Positions 11,143 to 20,324 of a stretch of 64,000 bases of DNA are shown here, piece by piece. The position numbers and the translations under genes are program-made. The stretch covers positions 193,199 to 257,198 of the forward strand of contig CAWKJE010000012.1 in the NCBI GenBank assembly GCA_963849735.1. The letters are read 5' to 3'. How positions within the stretch are numbered: the first letter of the stretch is position 1; every line of letters starts with the position of its first letter. Below the pieces are notes generated by a model. The model saw only the letters and a program-made list of their open reading frames with translations. It ran no database searches and was not told the DNA's origin. This DNA is from an uncultured delta proteobacterium. Its GTDB lineage: Bacteria; Myxococcota_A; Polyangia; Fen-1088.

Positions 11143-12105
11143 ATGGATTTCATGTTCGAGGACGATGTCGACGAGGTAGGGTCAGACGTGGAGGCCTATT
11201 GCCCGAAGTGCAAGGCCGACACAACTCACGTTGTCATCTCCAAGTACGAAGACGAAATTCGTCGGGTGCAGTGCAATCCATGTGGAGATGTGCATTCGTT
11301 TCGCAAGCCGCGTGGTGAGGCGGAGGAGGACATGCCCGAGCCAGTGGCGGCGCGCAAGCGCGCCTTGCTCAAGAAGCTGAGCTGGGACGAGTTTTTTGCC
11401 AAGCACGGGGAAAGAAACGCGAAGCCCTATGAATTTCGCGAAACCTATCGGGAAAACCTGGTGGTCTTCCACCCTAAGTTCGGCAAGGGCTTCGTGTCGG
11501 AGGTAGTTTCCGAGAGCAAAGTCGAGATTACCTTCAGTGACGCGCGCAGAATTCTGGTGCACAACCGTAGGGATATCCCTGGCTCGCCGATCGGCCATGA
11601 GGACGATGGTCTGCCATCGCCGCCACCCGTGGCCAAGGGGAGTGGCAAGGTAGCGGCAAAGGCGACGGGCAAAGCCGCGGCCGACAAGGCCGCGGGCGAG
11701 ACGGCGGCCGACAAGACGGTGGCCGAGCTTGGGACGAGCAAAGGCATGGCCGAAGCCGGGGCCGAGGCCGGAACCAGCAAGACCGCTCCTTCCAGCAAGC
11801 TGCACGCCAAGGCGGAGCCCAGACCGGTGGCCAAGCACGACTCGAGTGCTAGCGCTGAGAAGGTCGTGAGCAAGGCGGCCGCCAAGAAAGAAGCCAAGAA
11901 AGAATCCAAGCAGGACCCCAAGCAAGAATCCAAGAAGGAAGGAAAGAGAGAAGGAAAGAAAGAGGGCAAGAAAGAGGCAAAGACGTCCTCTGCGAAGAAG
12001 CCGCAGCCCAGGTCGGAGCCGAAGGCCGCGGCCAAGAAGGTCATGGTCAAGAAGGCCGACAAGGCCGCGCCAAAGAAGCCCGCCAAGAGCGGTAAGAAGA
12101 AGTAG
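11143..12105 (+). CDS. Zinc-ribbon protein (CPKC...CNPC) with a Lys/Ala-rich histone H1-like C-terminal tail
   Basis: CxxC-X17-CxxC near the N-terminus. The C-terminal 120 aa are KA/KE repeats (AAKKEAKKESKQDPK ... KKPAKSGKKK). Confidence 0.55.
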   Translation: MDFMFEDDVDEVGSDVEAYCPKCKADTTHVVISKYEDEIRRVQCNPCGDVHSFRKPRGEAEEDMPEPVAARKRALLKKLSWDEFFAKHGERNAKPYEFRETYRENLVVFHPKFGKGFVSEVVSESKVEITFSDARRILVHNRRDIPGSPIGHEDDGLPSPPPVAKGSGKVAAKATGKAAADKAAGETAADKTVAELGTSKGMAEAGAEAGTSKTAPSSKLHAKAEPRPVAKHDSSASAEKVVSKAAAKKEAKKESKQDPKQESKKEGKREGKKEGKKEAKTSSAKKPQPRSEPKAAAKKVMVKKADKAAPKKPAKSGKKK

Positions 12106-12220
12106 CGTCGCGGATCCCTCAAGGGTGAAGCCCGGCGGGGGCGGCCCCGACGCACATGGCGAGGCATACGACCACGACCTCGGAGGCCGCGTTGCTCTGC
12201 TGCTTGCGCTTGCGCCCTGG

Positions 12221-12928
12221 TTAGCGCACTACCAGGACGAAGATGTCGTAGAAGGCATGGGTGTAGACGGCCACGGCCAGGCCGCGCAGCTTGAATAGCA
12301 AGCCGAACACCACCCCGGCCAGCAAGCGGTAGGTGAATGACCCGAGCGTGAAGGCGTCGCCCATGGGGGGCAGATAGTGGACGAACGAGAACATGGCCGA
12401 CGACAGCAGAAAGCCACTTATTAGCGCCGCCCACCTGTTCATCCCCAGCACCTTTTCCAGGGACGCCACACTGCCGCCGAGCAGGCCCAGGCGAAAGACG
12501 GTCTCTTCGTAGACCCCAGCGCCGAGCGACATCACGATACGGGTGGCAATACCCTGGCCGGGTAGCCCGAGCACCAGGCTGGGGGAAAAGCCTAGCAGCC
12601 TGGTCATGACCAAGACGATGAGCGACCCCATGGTCAAGGCGTAGATGATGCTCTCCAGGATGACCGGCACGAAGATCTGGCCGTTGAAATGTTGCCGGCG
12701 TTGCAGCAGGGCTACCGCAAGCGCGAAGAGTGTTACCACCGCTGCCAGGAAGAGCAGGTAGCCCTTGAGCGTGAGCCCGAGCGAGGTGAAGAGCAGGGTG
12801 GTGACGAAATCCGCCCCGTTCAGCATGGGTAGGGTGAACAGGACACCGATTTGGTAGATGAGGAAGAGCGGGAAGACCAGGATCAAGCTGGTGAGCAGGT
12901 TGCGCGGGCTCGCCTGAGGAAGGGGCAC
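12221..12928 (-). CDS. CPBP-family (CAAX prenyl protease-like) intramembrane metalloprotease
   Basis: Multi-TM protein with the EExxxR motif (YEETVFRLG), FxxxH (FSFVHYL) and HxxxD (HAFYDIF). Confidence 0.7.
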   Translation of the reverse strand: MPLPQASPRNLLTSLILVFPLFLIYQIGVLFTLPMLNGADFVTTLLFTSLGLTLKGYLLFLAAVVTLFALAVALLQRRQHFNGQIFVPVILESIIYALTMGSLIVLVMTRLLGFSPSLVLGLPGQGIATRIVMSLGAGVYEETVFRLGLLGGSVASLEKVLGMNRWAALISGFLLSSAMFSFVHYLPPMGDAFTLGSFTYRLLAGVVFGLLFKLRGLAVAVYTHAFYDIFVLVVR

Positions 12929-12930
12929 GA

Positions 12931-15639
12931 TCAGCGCTCTGCCGAGGGACTAGCCGGCGGTTTGATCACGGCCATGATCTCGCGCTGGGGGGCAAGATAC
13001 TTGCGCGCTACTCGGGTCACGTCTTCGGCCGTGACTTTCATTATGTTGTCGGCGTACTGACGATAGGCTTTGAAACCTTGGCCATAGGCTTCGTGGAAAG
13101 CCAGTGCCGCCGCCAGGGCGCTTTTTCGTTGCAGACCTATGGCGTGGGCGCCCACGAGGTAGCGCTGAGCGCGCACGAGCTCCTCGGCGGAAATGCCCTG
13201 CTCAGCCAGGTCGTAGAGCTCGTGGCGCACCACAGCCGTGGCTTCGTTCAGGTTTTTCGGGCTGCTGGCCAGGTAGACCGCGAAGTACCCGGGATCGAGA
13301 CCTTCCACGGAAAAGGCACTGACACGGTAGGCCAGGGCGCGCTTCTCGCGAATTTCCGTGAAAAGGCGGCCGCCCTGCCCGGACAGCACATAGGCTAGCA
13401 CCTCGAGCGGGAAGCGATCGGGGCTGGAGAAGGCCACCCCCTGGAAGCCGAGTATGAGATGGGCCTGCTCTTTGGCCATCAGCTTGGCGACCTGCACCGG
13501 CTCGTCGCGGGTGGGCTCGATCGCCACCGTGGGCTTAGCCAGCTTCTCTTCCGCGTGGTCGCCGAGCAGCGCGGCCACCTTTTCCTGCACGTGGGCGGGG
13601 TCGATGTCGCCCACCACCGCGAGGGTCAAGTTCGAGGTGTTGTAGCGCTGGCGGAAGTAACCGAGCACCTTCCGCCGAGTTAGCGCCGCGATCGACTCGG
13701 GGGTGCCGAGCGGATTTAGCCGGTAAGGATGCCTTTGCCACATGGCCGAGTGGAACAGCTTGAAGGCCACCTGGCCCAGGTTGTCATCCTGAGCGCGAAT
13801 GTCATCGAGGATGATCCGCCGCTCCTTCTCTAGCTCGTCTTCGGCGAAGGTGGCATTGAGGAGGCAGTCTGCCACTAGATCCATGCCGCGTTCGAAGTTG
13901 CGCGAGAGAAACTCGGCCTGCAATCCCAGGCTGTTGCGTCCGGCGTAGCCGGTCAGGTTGCCCGCCATGCCCTCGACCTCACTCATGATCTGTTCGGCGC
14001 TGCGGGTTTTGGTGCCGCGTACGAGCAAGGCGGCCAGCAGGTTGGAAATCCCGTTGGATCGCTGGTCCTCGTAGCGTAAGCCGCCGACCCACGTAGCGCG
14101 CAGTGCCACGATGGGTACCGAAGCGTCGCGGAGGACGAGGAGCTTGAGGCCCGAGGGAAAAGTATGGCGATACACCTTATCGGCATCGGGCGGGTCGGCG
14201 CTGACCCGGGCGAAGCGCGCCTGGGCTCGTGCCGAAGCAGCCAAAGCGGCGTTGCGGACACGCGCCACGAGCTTGGCCACCGCGTCTTCGGGTGGCGCTG
14301 AGCGCCGGCTCGGCGTTTGCGCGTAGATGGACAGGTTGGGCAGGCGCAGGTACTGGGCCGCCACCCTGCGCAGATCGGCCGCGGTGGTCTTCTGGAGGGC
14401 CGCCAGATATCTTTCTTCGAAGTCGGGATCGCGGGCGATGGCGGCAAAGAAACCGAGCTTGCGCGCATAGCCCTGGACAGTTTCCCGGTCGTAGACGCGG
14501 TCGCTCTCCAGTATGGTTTTCGCCTTGGCCAGCTCGTCGGGGCGCACCTCTTCCAACGTCAAGCGCAAGATCTCGTCCAGGATAGCGCGCGTGGCATCTT
14601 CGATCCGGCCCCCGGGTAAGGCCGCGCTTACCACCATGGCTCCCGGGTCGCGGGCCGAGAAGAGATAGGCCGAGGTGCTGGTGGCGATCTGCCGGTTGCG
14701 CACCACTTCCAGATTGAGACGCGAGCTCTCGCCCTGGCCGAGCAGGACGGCGATGAGGTCGAGGATCGGAATATCGGCATGGCTCACGCCGGGAGTGCGG
14801 AATCCGAAGAGTAGCTCGGCCTCCTTGACATCGCGGCGGGCGCCGTCAGCCCTGAGCGAGGCTTGCTCGGGTTGGGCGGCACGCGGTCCGCTAGCCATGC
14901 CTTCCGGCAGCGCAGCAAAGGCCTTGGCGATCTTGGCCCTGGCCGCTTCCGGGTCGAAGTCACCTACAACCACCAGGGTGAGGTTGCTGGCCACATAGTG
15001 CCTGGCAAAAAAGGCCATGATGTCGTCCCGGCGCAGCTTCTTTACCGTGGCCTCGGTGCCGATGATGGGGCGACCGTACGGGTGGGCGTCGAATACGGTC
15101 TGGAACAGCCCCTGGCCAGCCTGGCGCTCGGGATCGTCCATGCCTTGCTTGATCTCTTCCAAGACGACATTGCGCTCGCGCTCGAGCTCGCCGGCATCGA
15201 AGCTGGAGTTCATCAGGGTGTCGGCCAGGATATCAAGCCCGGTATCGAAGAACTGGCTCGCCAGCACCAGGTGATATACGGTCTCGTCGTGTCCGGTCCA
15301 GGCGTTGATCTCGCCGCCGCAGGCCTCCACTTCGCGGGCAATCTGGCCCACTCCACGGCGCTTGGTGCCCTTGAAGAGCATGTGCTCGAACACATGGGCA
15401 ATGCCCGCCAGCTCCGGCGGCTCATCGGCTGAGCCGATCCTCAACCAGGCCTGGAACGCTACCACGGGGGAGGTGTGGTTCTCTTCGAGAATGACCTCCA
15501 TGCGGTTGTCGAGCTTGAATCTCACGCGTCTTGGTCTCCCTTCCACCGGCGGGACTTGGCTTGCGCTGTCTGCGACCTTCGCCAGCGTGCCGGCGCAGCC
15601 GGAGAGGGTTGCCAGCAGGCAGGCAGCGGCAAATCTCAC
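12931..15639 (-). CDS. Two-module M16 (pitrilysin/insulinase) family zinc peptidase, predicted lipoprotein
   Basis: HxxEH zinc motif (IAHVFEHMLFKGT) and a second M16 module. The N-terminus MRFAAACLLATLSGCAG carries a lipobox. Confidence 0.85.
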   Translation of the reverse strand: MRFAAACLLATLSGCAGTLAKVADSASQVPPVEGRPRRVRFKLDNRMEVILEENHTSPVVAFQAWLRIGSADEPPELAGIAHVFEHMLFKGTKRRGVGQIAREVEACGGEINAWTGHDETVYHLVLASQFFDTGLDILADTLMNSSFDAGELERERNVVLEEIKQGMDDPERQAGQGLFQTVFDAHPYGRPIIGTEATVKKLRRDDIMAFFARHYVASNLTLVVVGDFDPEAARAKIAKAFAALPEGMASGPRAAQPEQASLRADGARRDVKEAELLFGFRTPGVSHADIPILDLIAVLLGQGESSRLNLEVVRNRQIATSTSAYLFSARDPGAMVVSAALPGGRIEDATRAILDEILRLTLEEVRPDELAKAKTILESDRVYDRETVQGYARKLGFFAAIARDPDFEERYLAALQKTTAADLRRVAAQYLRLPNLSIYAQTPSRRSAPPEDAVAKLVARVRNAALAASARAQARFARVSADPPDADKVYRHTFPSGLKLLVLRDASVPIVALRATWVGGLRYEDQRSNGISNLLAALLVRGTKTRSAEQIMSEVEGMAGNLTGYAGRNSLGLQAEFLSRNFERGMDLVADCLLNATFAEDELEKERRIILDDIRAQDDNLGQVAFKLFHSAMWQRHPYRLNPLGTPESIAALTRRKVLGYFRQRYNTSNLTLAVVGDIDPAHVQEKVAALLGDHAEEKLAKPTVAIEPTRDEPVQVAKLMAKEQAHLILGFQGVAFSSPDRFPLEVLAYVLSGQGGRLFTEIREKRALAYRVSAFSVEGLDPGYFAVYLASSPKNLNEATAVVRHELYDLAEQGISAEELVRAQRYLVGAHAIGLQRKSALAAALAFHEAYGQGFKAYRQYADNIMKVTAEDVTRVARKYLAPQREIMAVIKPPASPSAER

Positions 15640-15687
15640 GCCGCCACGGTAGCACGCCGGGCCGGTCTAGCGTGCTACATTACCAGC

Positions 15688-15897
15688 ATGGAGAGAACGC
15701 GTCGCTGTCCGATTTGCAGGCGCGAGATCGAATCTCAGGCCGGCGCCGCCGCCAAGTGGGGGCCTTTCTGCTCGGCGAGGTGCCGCTCCATCGATCTCGG
15801 GAGCTGGCTCTCCGAAGCCTACCGGGTCGAAGCGACTGGTGAAGGCGACCCCGAGCCGGTCGAGCTAGACAAAGGCCGAGGCTCGGCTGGCGAGTGA
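15688..15897 (+). CDS. yacG: DNA gyrase inhibitor YacG (zinc-binding)
   Basis: MERTRRCPICRREIE...GPFCSARCRSIDLGSWLSE matches the YacG CxxC...FCSxRC...DLGxW pattern. About 70 aa. Confidence 0.75.
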   Translation: MERTRRCPICRREIESQAGAAAKWGPFCSARCRSIDLGSWLSEAYRVEATGEGDPEPVELDKGRGSAGE

Positions 15898-15905
15898 GTC
15901 TGTCT

Positions 15906-15980
<75 letters not shown>

Positions 15981-16005
15981 TTGTGCCAGCAGAATATAGA
16001 ACTTA

Positions 16006-16260
16006 TCAGCTCTCCGCGTATAGCTTGAGCTGTTCGCTCAACACGGTTTCGTTGAGCCCGGTGCGCAAGCTGTCTTGCAGGCAGTCGGCGAGCGTGATCT
16101 GCATCTCCTCTACGCCGCCGTCTTGCATTATCTTGTTGAGCAGGGCGCGTGCCGCGGGGCTGTCCTCATCGCGGAGAAACTCCTTGACCATGTCAATCGT
16201 GAGCTCGCCCGAAAAGTCGAGCATCGCGTGGTCGAGGAGAAAGGCGATGAGTTGTTTCAC
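16006..16260 (-). CDS. Small hypothetical protein (about 84 aa)
   Basis: ORF with a GTG start preceded by GGAGG at 5-nt spacing. No recognizable domain. Confidence 0.4.
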   Translation of the reverse strand: MKQLIAFLLDHAMLDFSGELTIDMVKEFLRDEDSPAARALLNKIMQDGGVEEMQITLADCLQDSLRTGLNETVLSEQLKLYAES

Positions 16261-16399
16261 GGGAGCCTCCGGTGACGGGTAGATAGAGCGAAAAGAGCTA
16301 ATACCTCGCCAACCCGGCACAAATCAAGGAGTTTGCTCCACTTTCCTGGCGATTTGTGCGCGACGCACCGACACTTGAGTACCCGAGCGCAGCTGGGGC

Positions 16400-16570
16400 G
16401 GGCCGCGGGGACGGAAGTGAGCCGGAGGGGCGAGGGGAATAGGGAGGGTAGCGAGGCGCGACGGCGGTGGGGCAATCGGGGAGCGGCGGCGTGGCGATGG
16501 GGGAGAGTGGCGGGGGCGATGGGGGGAGCCGGAGCGGCGGTGCGGCGATGGGGGAGAGTGGCGGGGGCAC
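16400..16570. repeat. G-rich direct repeats (GAGCGGCGG(C/T)G(T/C)GGCGATGGGGGAGAGTGGCGGGGGC x2 at 51-bp spacing, plus related G-runs) in a divergent intergenic region
   Basis: Read directly. The + strand carries multiple GGGG(G) runs and could form a G-quadruplex. The minus-strand Pro-rich ORFs here were rejected. Confidence 0.6.
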
Positions 16571-16780
16571 AGCCGTAACGGCATGGCGTGCTGGGCTGCA
16601 GGACTAGTGATCCCAGATGAGCAAAAGAGTATGGTCCTTTGCATCCCATCAATACACCGGAGCTATCCAATCTTCTCGATCCCAAAGTCCAGCAATCTAG
16701 CAATGGCAACGAGACTCCCGCGGCCCGCACGATGGTCGGGTCGAGCTCATGATCACGCACAACAGGAAGGAATCGCTACC

Positions 16781-18427
16781 ATGTCTATAAAGGAACTACG
16801 GTGGTCAAGCCCCCAGACAATGATGAAGCCTCGGTTCCTCGTGCTCGCGCTGATCTGGTCGAGCACCATCGCCATCCTGACCACCGCGACCAACGCGCGG
16901 GCCGCCGATCAGAAAAAAGTGCGCGACAACATGGTCGACCTGAACAAGCAGGCCCTGCTCGCCTACGACGCCAAGGACTTCGATCATGCCAAGGATCTCC
17001 TCAACCAAGCGATCGCGGAGGCCAAGCAGGCCGGGCTCGACGACGACAAGATGACGGCGCGCACTTACTTGCATCTGGGCGCGGTATATTTCACCGGTTA
17101 CAAGGACGAAGCGACGGCCATCCAGAATTTCACGCTGGCCAAGAAGATTCGACCCGACATCCAGCTTACGCCCTCGATCGAGACCCCCGAGCTCCAGGTC
17201 GTGTTCGAGCGGGCCACCGTCGAGCCCGAGTCAGCGCCAGCCGCCGAGCCGGATCGCACGCTGGCCGCGCCCCTGGCTGGGCCGCCGACCACGGCGTCCG
17301 AGAGCGGCCCCGAGCCCAACCTACCTTCCCGTATCACCTCCCCGCTCATGTGCTCGACCCCGCTGGAATCGCCTCCCGACCAGGAGATGACCGTGCGCTG
17401 TGCGGTCAAGCCCGGCCTCAGCGTGCGCGCGGTCGATCTCCACTATCGCGCCCCCGGGGCCGAGTCGTACCAGGACCAGCCCATGCACCGGACCGCCAAG
17501 GGCTGGTACGTCGCGACCGTCCCGGCCCACGTAATGCGCGGCCACAGCCTGCAAGTCTACTACGACGCACGCGACGGCCGCGATAAACCGGTGGCGAGCA
17601 ACGGGCAGATCGACAGCCCATCGGTGGTCGAGATTCGCAGGCGCGGCTTGGCCGGAGGCGGTGATGAGGGTGACCCGCTGGCCAACATCAAGCGGCAGCA
17701 GCGCCTGGAGCGCTACGAAGCTGGGCTGCATCGGCGCCGCGAGGGCGCGTTCTATGTCGCCCCGGGGGGCGGTTTGGGCTGGGGCTTTGCTCCGGCGGGA
17801 AACCTGGAATGGGAGCAGAATATCAAGGTCAGCGCCATAACCACCAGCACCGGACTTTTTCACGTGCTGCTCGAGGCCGGCTATATGCTGCGCGATGACC
17901 TCGCGCTCTCGCTCCAGGGCCGGCTCGAGTATATCCGCCAGGATCAATTGGCGGGGGAGGCGAGCGCCCGGTCGGGCAATCCCACCACCTACGCGCCCTC
18001 GCTCTGTCTGCGCGGGCAGTGGTTCTACGACCTGACCGAGGATGGCAACTTGCAGTTCGCCACCGGGCCCCTGGCCGGCGGCGGCTACATCCGCTTTCCG
18101 GTCAAGCCGGTGCCGCCGACGTCGGGCAGCAGTCTCAGCCAAACCGTCGTCAAGACCGATACCAGGCCCATGGGCGTCGTTCTGGTGGGAGGCAGCGCGG
18201 GGCTGGCCTACCATCTGTCGCGCTACCTCAGCCTGACCCTCGACGGTCGCGGCTACCTTGGCTTTCCCGATTTCGGTTTTGCGGTCGAGGGCGACGTGGG
18301 CTTCTTGGTCGCTTTCGGGGGCAAGGGCGCTGCAGGAGAAGAAGGCGAGGGGGGCGGCGAAGGCGAGGCGAGTGGTGGCCGCGACGAGCCCTCATCCTCC
18401 GATCCCGATGGTTCGGTAGAGGAGTAA
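16781..18427 (+). CDS. Secreted protein with an N-terminal signal peptide, a helical (TPR-like) region, a beta-rich C-terminal domain and an acidic Gly/Glu tail
   Basis: AGGAAGG ribosome-binding site before ATG 16781. Signal-like MMKPRFLVLALIWSSTIAILTTATNARA. The C-terminus has alternating hydrophobic beta-strand-like segments. No specific family was recognized. Confidence 0.55.
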   Translation: MSIKELRWSSPQTMMKPRFLVLALIWSSTIAILTTATNARAADQKKVRDNMVDLNKQALLAYDAKDFDHAKDLLNQAIAEAKQAGLDDDKMTARTYLHLGAVYFTGYKDEATAIQNFTLAKKIRPDIQLTPSIETPELQVVFERATVEPESAPAAEPDRTLAAPLAGPPTTASESGPEPNLPSRITSPLMCSTPLESPPDQEMTVRCAVKPGLSVRAVDLHYRAPGAESYQDQPMHRTAKGWYVATVPAHVMRGHSLQVYYDARDGRDKPVASNGQIDSPSVVEIRRRGLAGGGDEGDPLANIKRQQRLERYEAGLHRRREGAFYVAPGGGLGWGFAPAGNLEWEQNIKVSAITTSTGLFHVLLEAGYMLRDDLALSLQGRLEYIRQDQLAGEASARSGNPTTYAPSLCLRGQWFYDLTEDGNLQFATGPLAGGGYIRFPVKPVPPTSGSSLSQTVVKTDTRPMGVVLVGGSAGLAYHLSRYLSLTLDGRGYLGFPDFGFAVEGDVGFLVAFGGKGAAGEEGEGGGEGEASGGRDEPSSSDPDGSVEE

Positions 18428-18499
18428 CGGCTGAGCACTCGGCGGCGGCAGCCTTTCTCGGTCTACGGCGGTCCGGTCAGGACCTGGGGCGAGCCCGAC

Positions 18500-19696
18500 T
18501 TGGCTCGCCTGGCCGGGCGTTTGTTCCAGGTGGATCGCGCCCTGGCGCGCGCGCTGACCCATGGCTTTCACAGCTACGCGGGTCGCATGCATCCCTCTAG
18601 CGCGCGCATGGCCATCGCCACCTGGTCACGGCCGGGCCAGCGGGTTCTCGACCCTTACGCGGGGAGCGGCACGGTCCTGGTCGAAGCCATGGCGGGGGGC
18701 CGGCAGGCCGTCGGGGTCGACATGAGCCCGCTCGCGGTGCTGATCGCGCGCGCGCGCAGCACGGTCCTGGGTCCCGTGGGTCGTGGCCAGCTGGTCGCGG
18801 TTGCGCAAGCCATGGCGGCCGAGGCGGCCGAGCGCGCACGCAAGCGTATCCGGCCGCTCATTCCCCCCTGGGCCAAGGGCGAGCATCGTCGCTTCGAGCC
18901 CCACATTGCCCTCGAGCTCCTGGGGCTGCGCGAGCTGGTCATGGCGACGCCGGAGGACGAAGTAGGGGCGGCGCTACGCGCCTGCTTTTCGTCGATTTTG
19001 GCTAAGTTCATGCGCAAAGCCGAGTGGGAGGACGCGCCCGCCGCCGGCGCGAGCAGCCGCGCCAGCGCGGGTAAGTCCCGCCCGCAAGGCGGCGTAGCCG
19101 CTTCCGCGGTCGCGGCAAGGCGCATCGGACGCGGAATACCCTCCCACTTCTTCGCCGCCCGCGCGGAAGAGTTGGCGCGCGCGCTGGTTATGCTGGCGCG
19201 GGTTTCACCTCCCGGCACCCCGGTGCCCGAGATCCGCCTCGGCGATGCGCGCTGCCTCGAAGGGCTGCGCGAAGAGGAGTTCGACTTGGTGGTGACCTCG
19301 CCGCCCTATGCGGGGATCTACGACTACGTGGAGCACCACGATGCCAGCTTCCTCTGGCTCGGTCTTCCACGCCATGGAGCTCGGGCGCAAGTGGGTGCTC
19401 CGGGCAAGGAGGGCGGGCCCGCGCGGACGCGCTGGCGCGCGGACCGCAAGCTCTGGCTGGGGGAAGTCGGACGGGTGGCCAAGCCTGGCGCCACGGTGGT
19501 GGTGTTGGTCGGCGACGGGGTGGTGGGCGGCGAGCCGGAAGATGCGGCCGCGGCTGTGGGCGAGCTGGCGGATGAGGTCGGGCTGCGCATGCTAGCCGGG
19601 GCGGCCCAGCCCCGGCCGCCCCGGACGGCGCGCCTACGCGCGATCTTCGGCGATCATCCGCGCCAGGAGCACGTCTTGATCCTGCGCAAGAGCTGA
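18500..19696 (+). CDS. Putative SAM-dependent nucleic-acid (N6-adenine/N4-cytosine DNA, or RNA base) methyltransferase with (S/D)PPY and DPYAGSGT motifs
   Basis: Motif I VLDPYAGSGTVLVEA near residue 60 and motif IV LVVTSPPYAGIYDY near residue 270. No adjacent restriction endonuclease was seen. Confidence 0.55.
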   Translation: MARLAGRLFQVDRALARALTHGFHSYAGRMHPSSARMAIATWSRPGQRVLDPYAGSGTVLVEAMAGGRQAVGVDMSPLAVLIARARSTVLGPVGRGQLVAVAQAMAAEAAERARKRIRPLIPPWAKGEHRRFEPHIALELLGLRELVMATPEDEVGAALRACFSSILAKFMRKAEWEDAPAAGASSRASAGKSRPQGGVAASAVAARRIGRGIPSHFFAARAEELARALVMLARVSPPGTPVPEIRLGDARCLEGLREEEFDLVVTSPPYAGIYDYVEHHDASFLWLGLPRHGARAQVGAPGKEGGPARTRWRADRKLWLGEVGRVAKPGATVVVLVGDGVVGGEPEDAAAAVGELADEVGLRMLAGAAQPRPPRTARLRAIFGDHPRQEHVLILRKS

Positions 19697-19727
19697 TCAG
19701 AAACTGGTGAGCGCCTCGCCCCATCGT

Positions 19728-19756
19728 GGCCACGGCCGTGGCCGGGGCCTTTGCTG
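19728..19756 (+). terminator. Perfect 16-bp palindrome GGCCACGGCCGTGGCC followed by GGGGCCTTTGCTG; candidate terminator after the methyltransferase gene
   Basis: Read directly about 32 bp after the stop codon. The downstream T-run is short (ttt). Confidence 0.3.
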
Positions 19757-19812
19757 ACTAGCCTCTGCCGACTAGCCTTTGCCGATTAACCGCTGCCGAC
19801 TAGCCTTTGCCG
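19752..19812. repeat. Short (about 15 bp) direct repeats GCCGACTAGCCTTTG x2 perfect plus 2 degenerate copies in a convergent intergenic region
   Basis: Read directly. Confidence 0.6.
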
Positions 19813-19820
19813 TGCCTCGG

Positions 19821-20324
19821 CTATCCGGTGGCCTGGCCTTCCTTGCTGAGCTGGATCATCCTGACCAGCGCGCTGGCCATGCCCGTGCACACCGCCTGCA
19901 GCTCGCCCACCTGCGCGTCCGGCAGCTTGCTCCCATCCGGGGCGTGGGCATAGACCATACAGACGACCCGTTCACCGATGGCGACGGGAATGACGACGAT
20001 GTCGGCAGGAGCGGCGGAGCGCAGGTACTTCCAGATTTGCGCGTGTAGATACGCCCCTTCAGGCGGCGGCGCGCCACGGAAGGTAACTCGCCGCTGCTGG
20101 GTGGCACGGAAAACCGACGGCACCGACAAAGGAAAGGCGATGGTCTCGATAGCAGGCGCCTCGACGGCGGGGGCGTAGCCGCGCCATACCTGGGCGTTTG
20201 CGCCGCGCACGCGGAAGATCAGGCCGCAGCCGAACCTGGGCAGCATGAAGTCGATGGCGATGTCGGCCACCTGGTCGCGGTTGAAAGCGACCGAGAGCCG
20301 GTGCAGGACATCCTCGAGGGTCAC
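19821..20324 (-). CDS. GAF-like domain protein, translationally coupled (GTGA) to the upstream MshEN-domain gene
   Basis: GTG start at 20324 overlaps the TGA stop of the 20321..20929 gene. The sequence VTLEDVLHRLSVAFNRDQVADIAIDFML... resembles the start of a GAF fold. The longer ORF (start 20510) overlaps in another frame. Confidence 0.45.
   Translation of the reverse strand: MTLEDVLHRLSVAFNRDQVADIAIDFMLPRFGCGLIFRVRGANAQVWRGYAPAVEAPAIETIAFPLSVPSVFRATQQRRVTFRGAPPPEGAYLHAQIWKYLRSAAPADIVVIPVAIGERVVCMVYAHAPDGSKLPDAQVGELQAVCTGMASALVRMIQLSKEGQATG

Noticed and set aside
16257-16760. Minus-strand Pro-rich ORFs (16257..16760, 16298..16570, 16324..16644) as a proline-rich protein gene
   Set aside because: They are the reverse complement of the G-rich intergenic repeats. 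No start context or ribosome-binding site was found. The repeat units are imperfect in a way that does not preserve a coding pattern.
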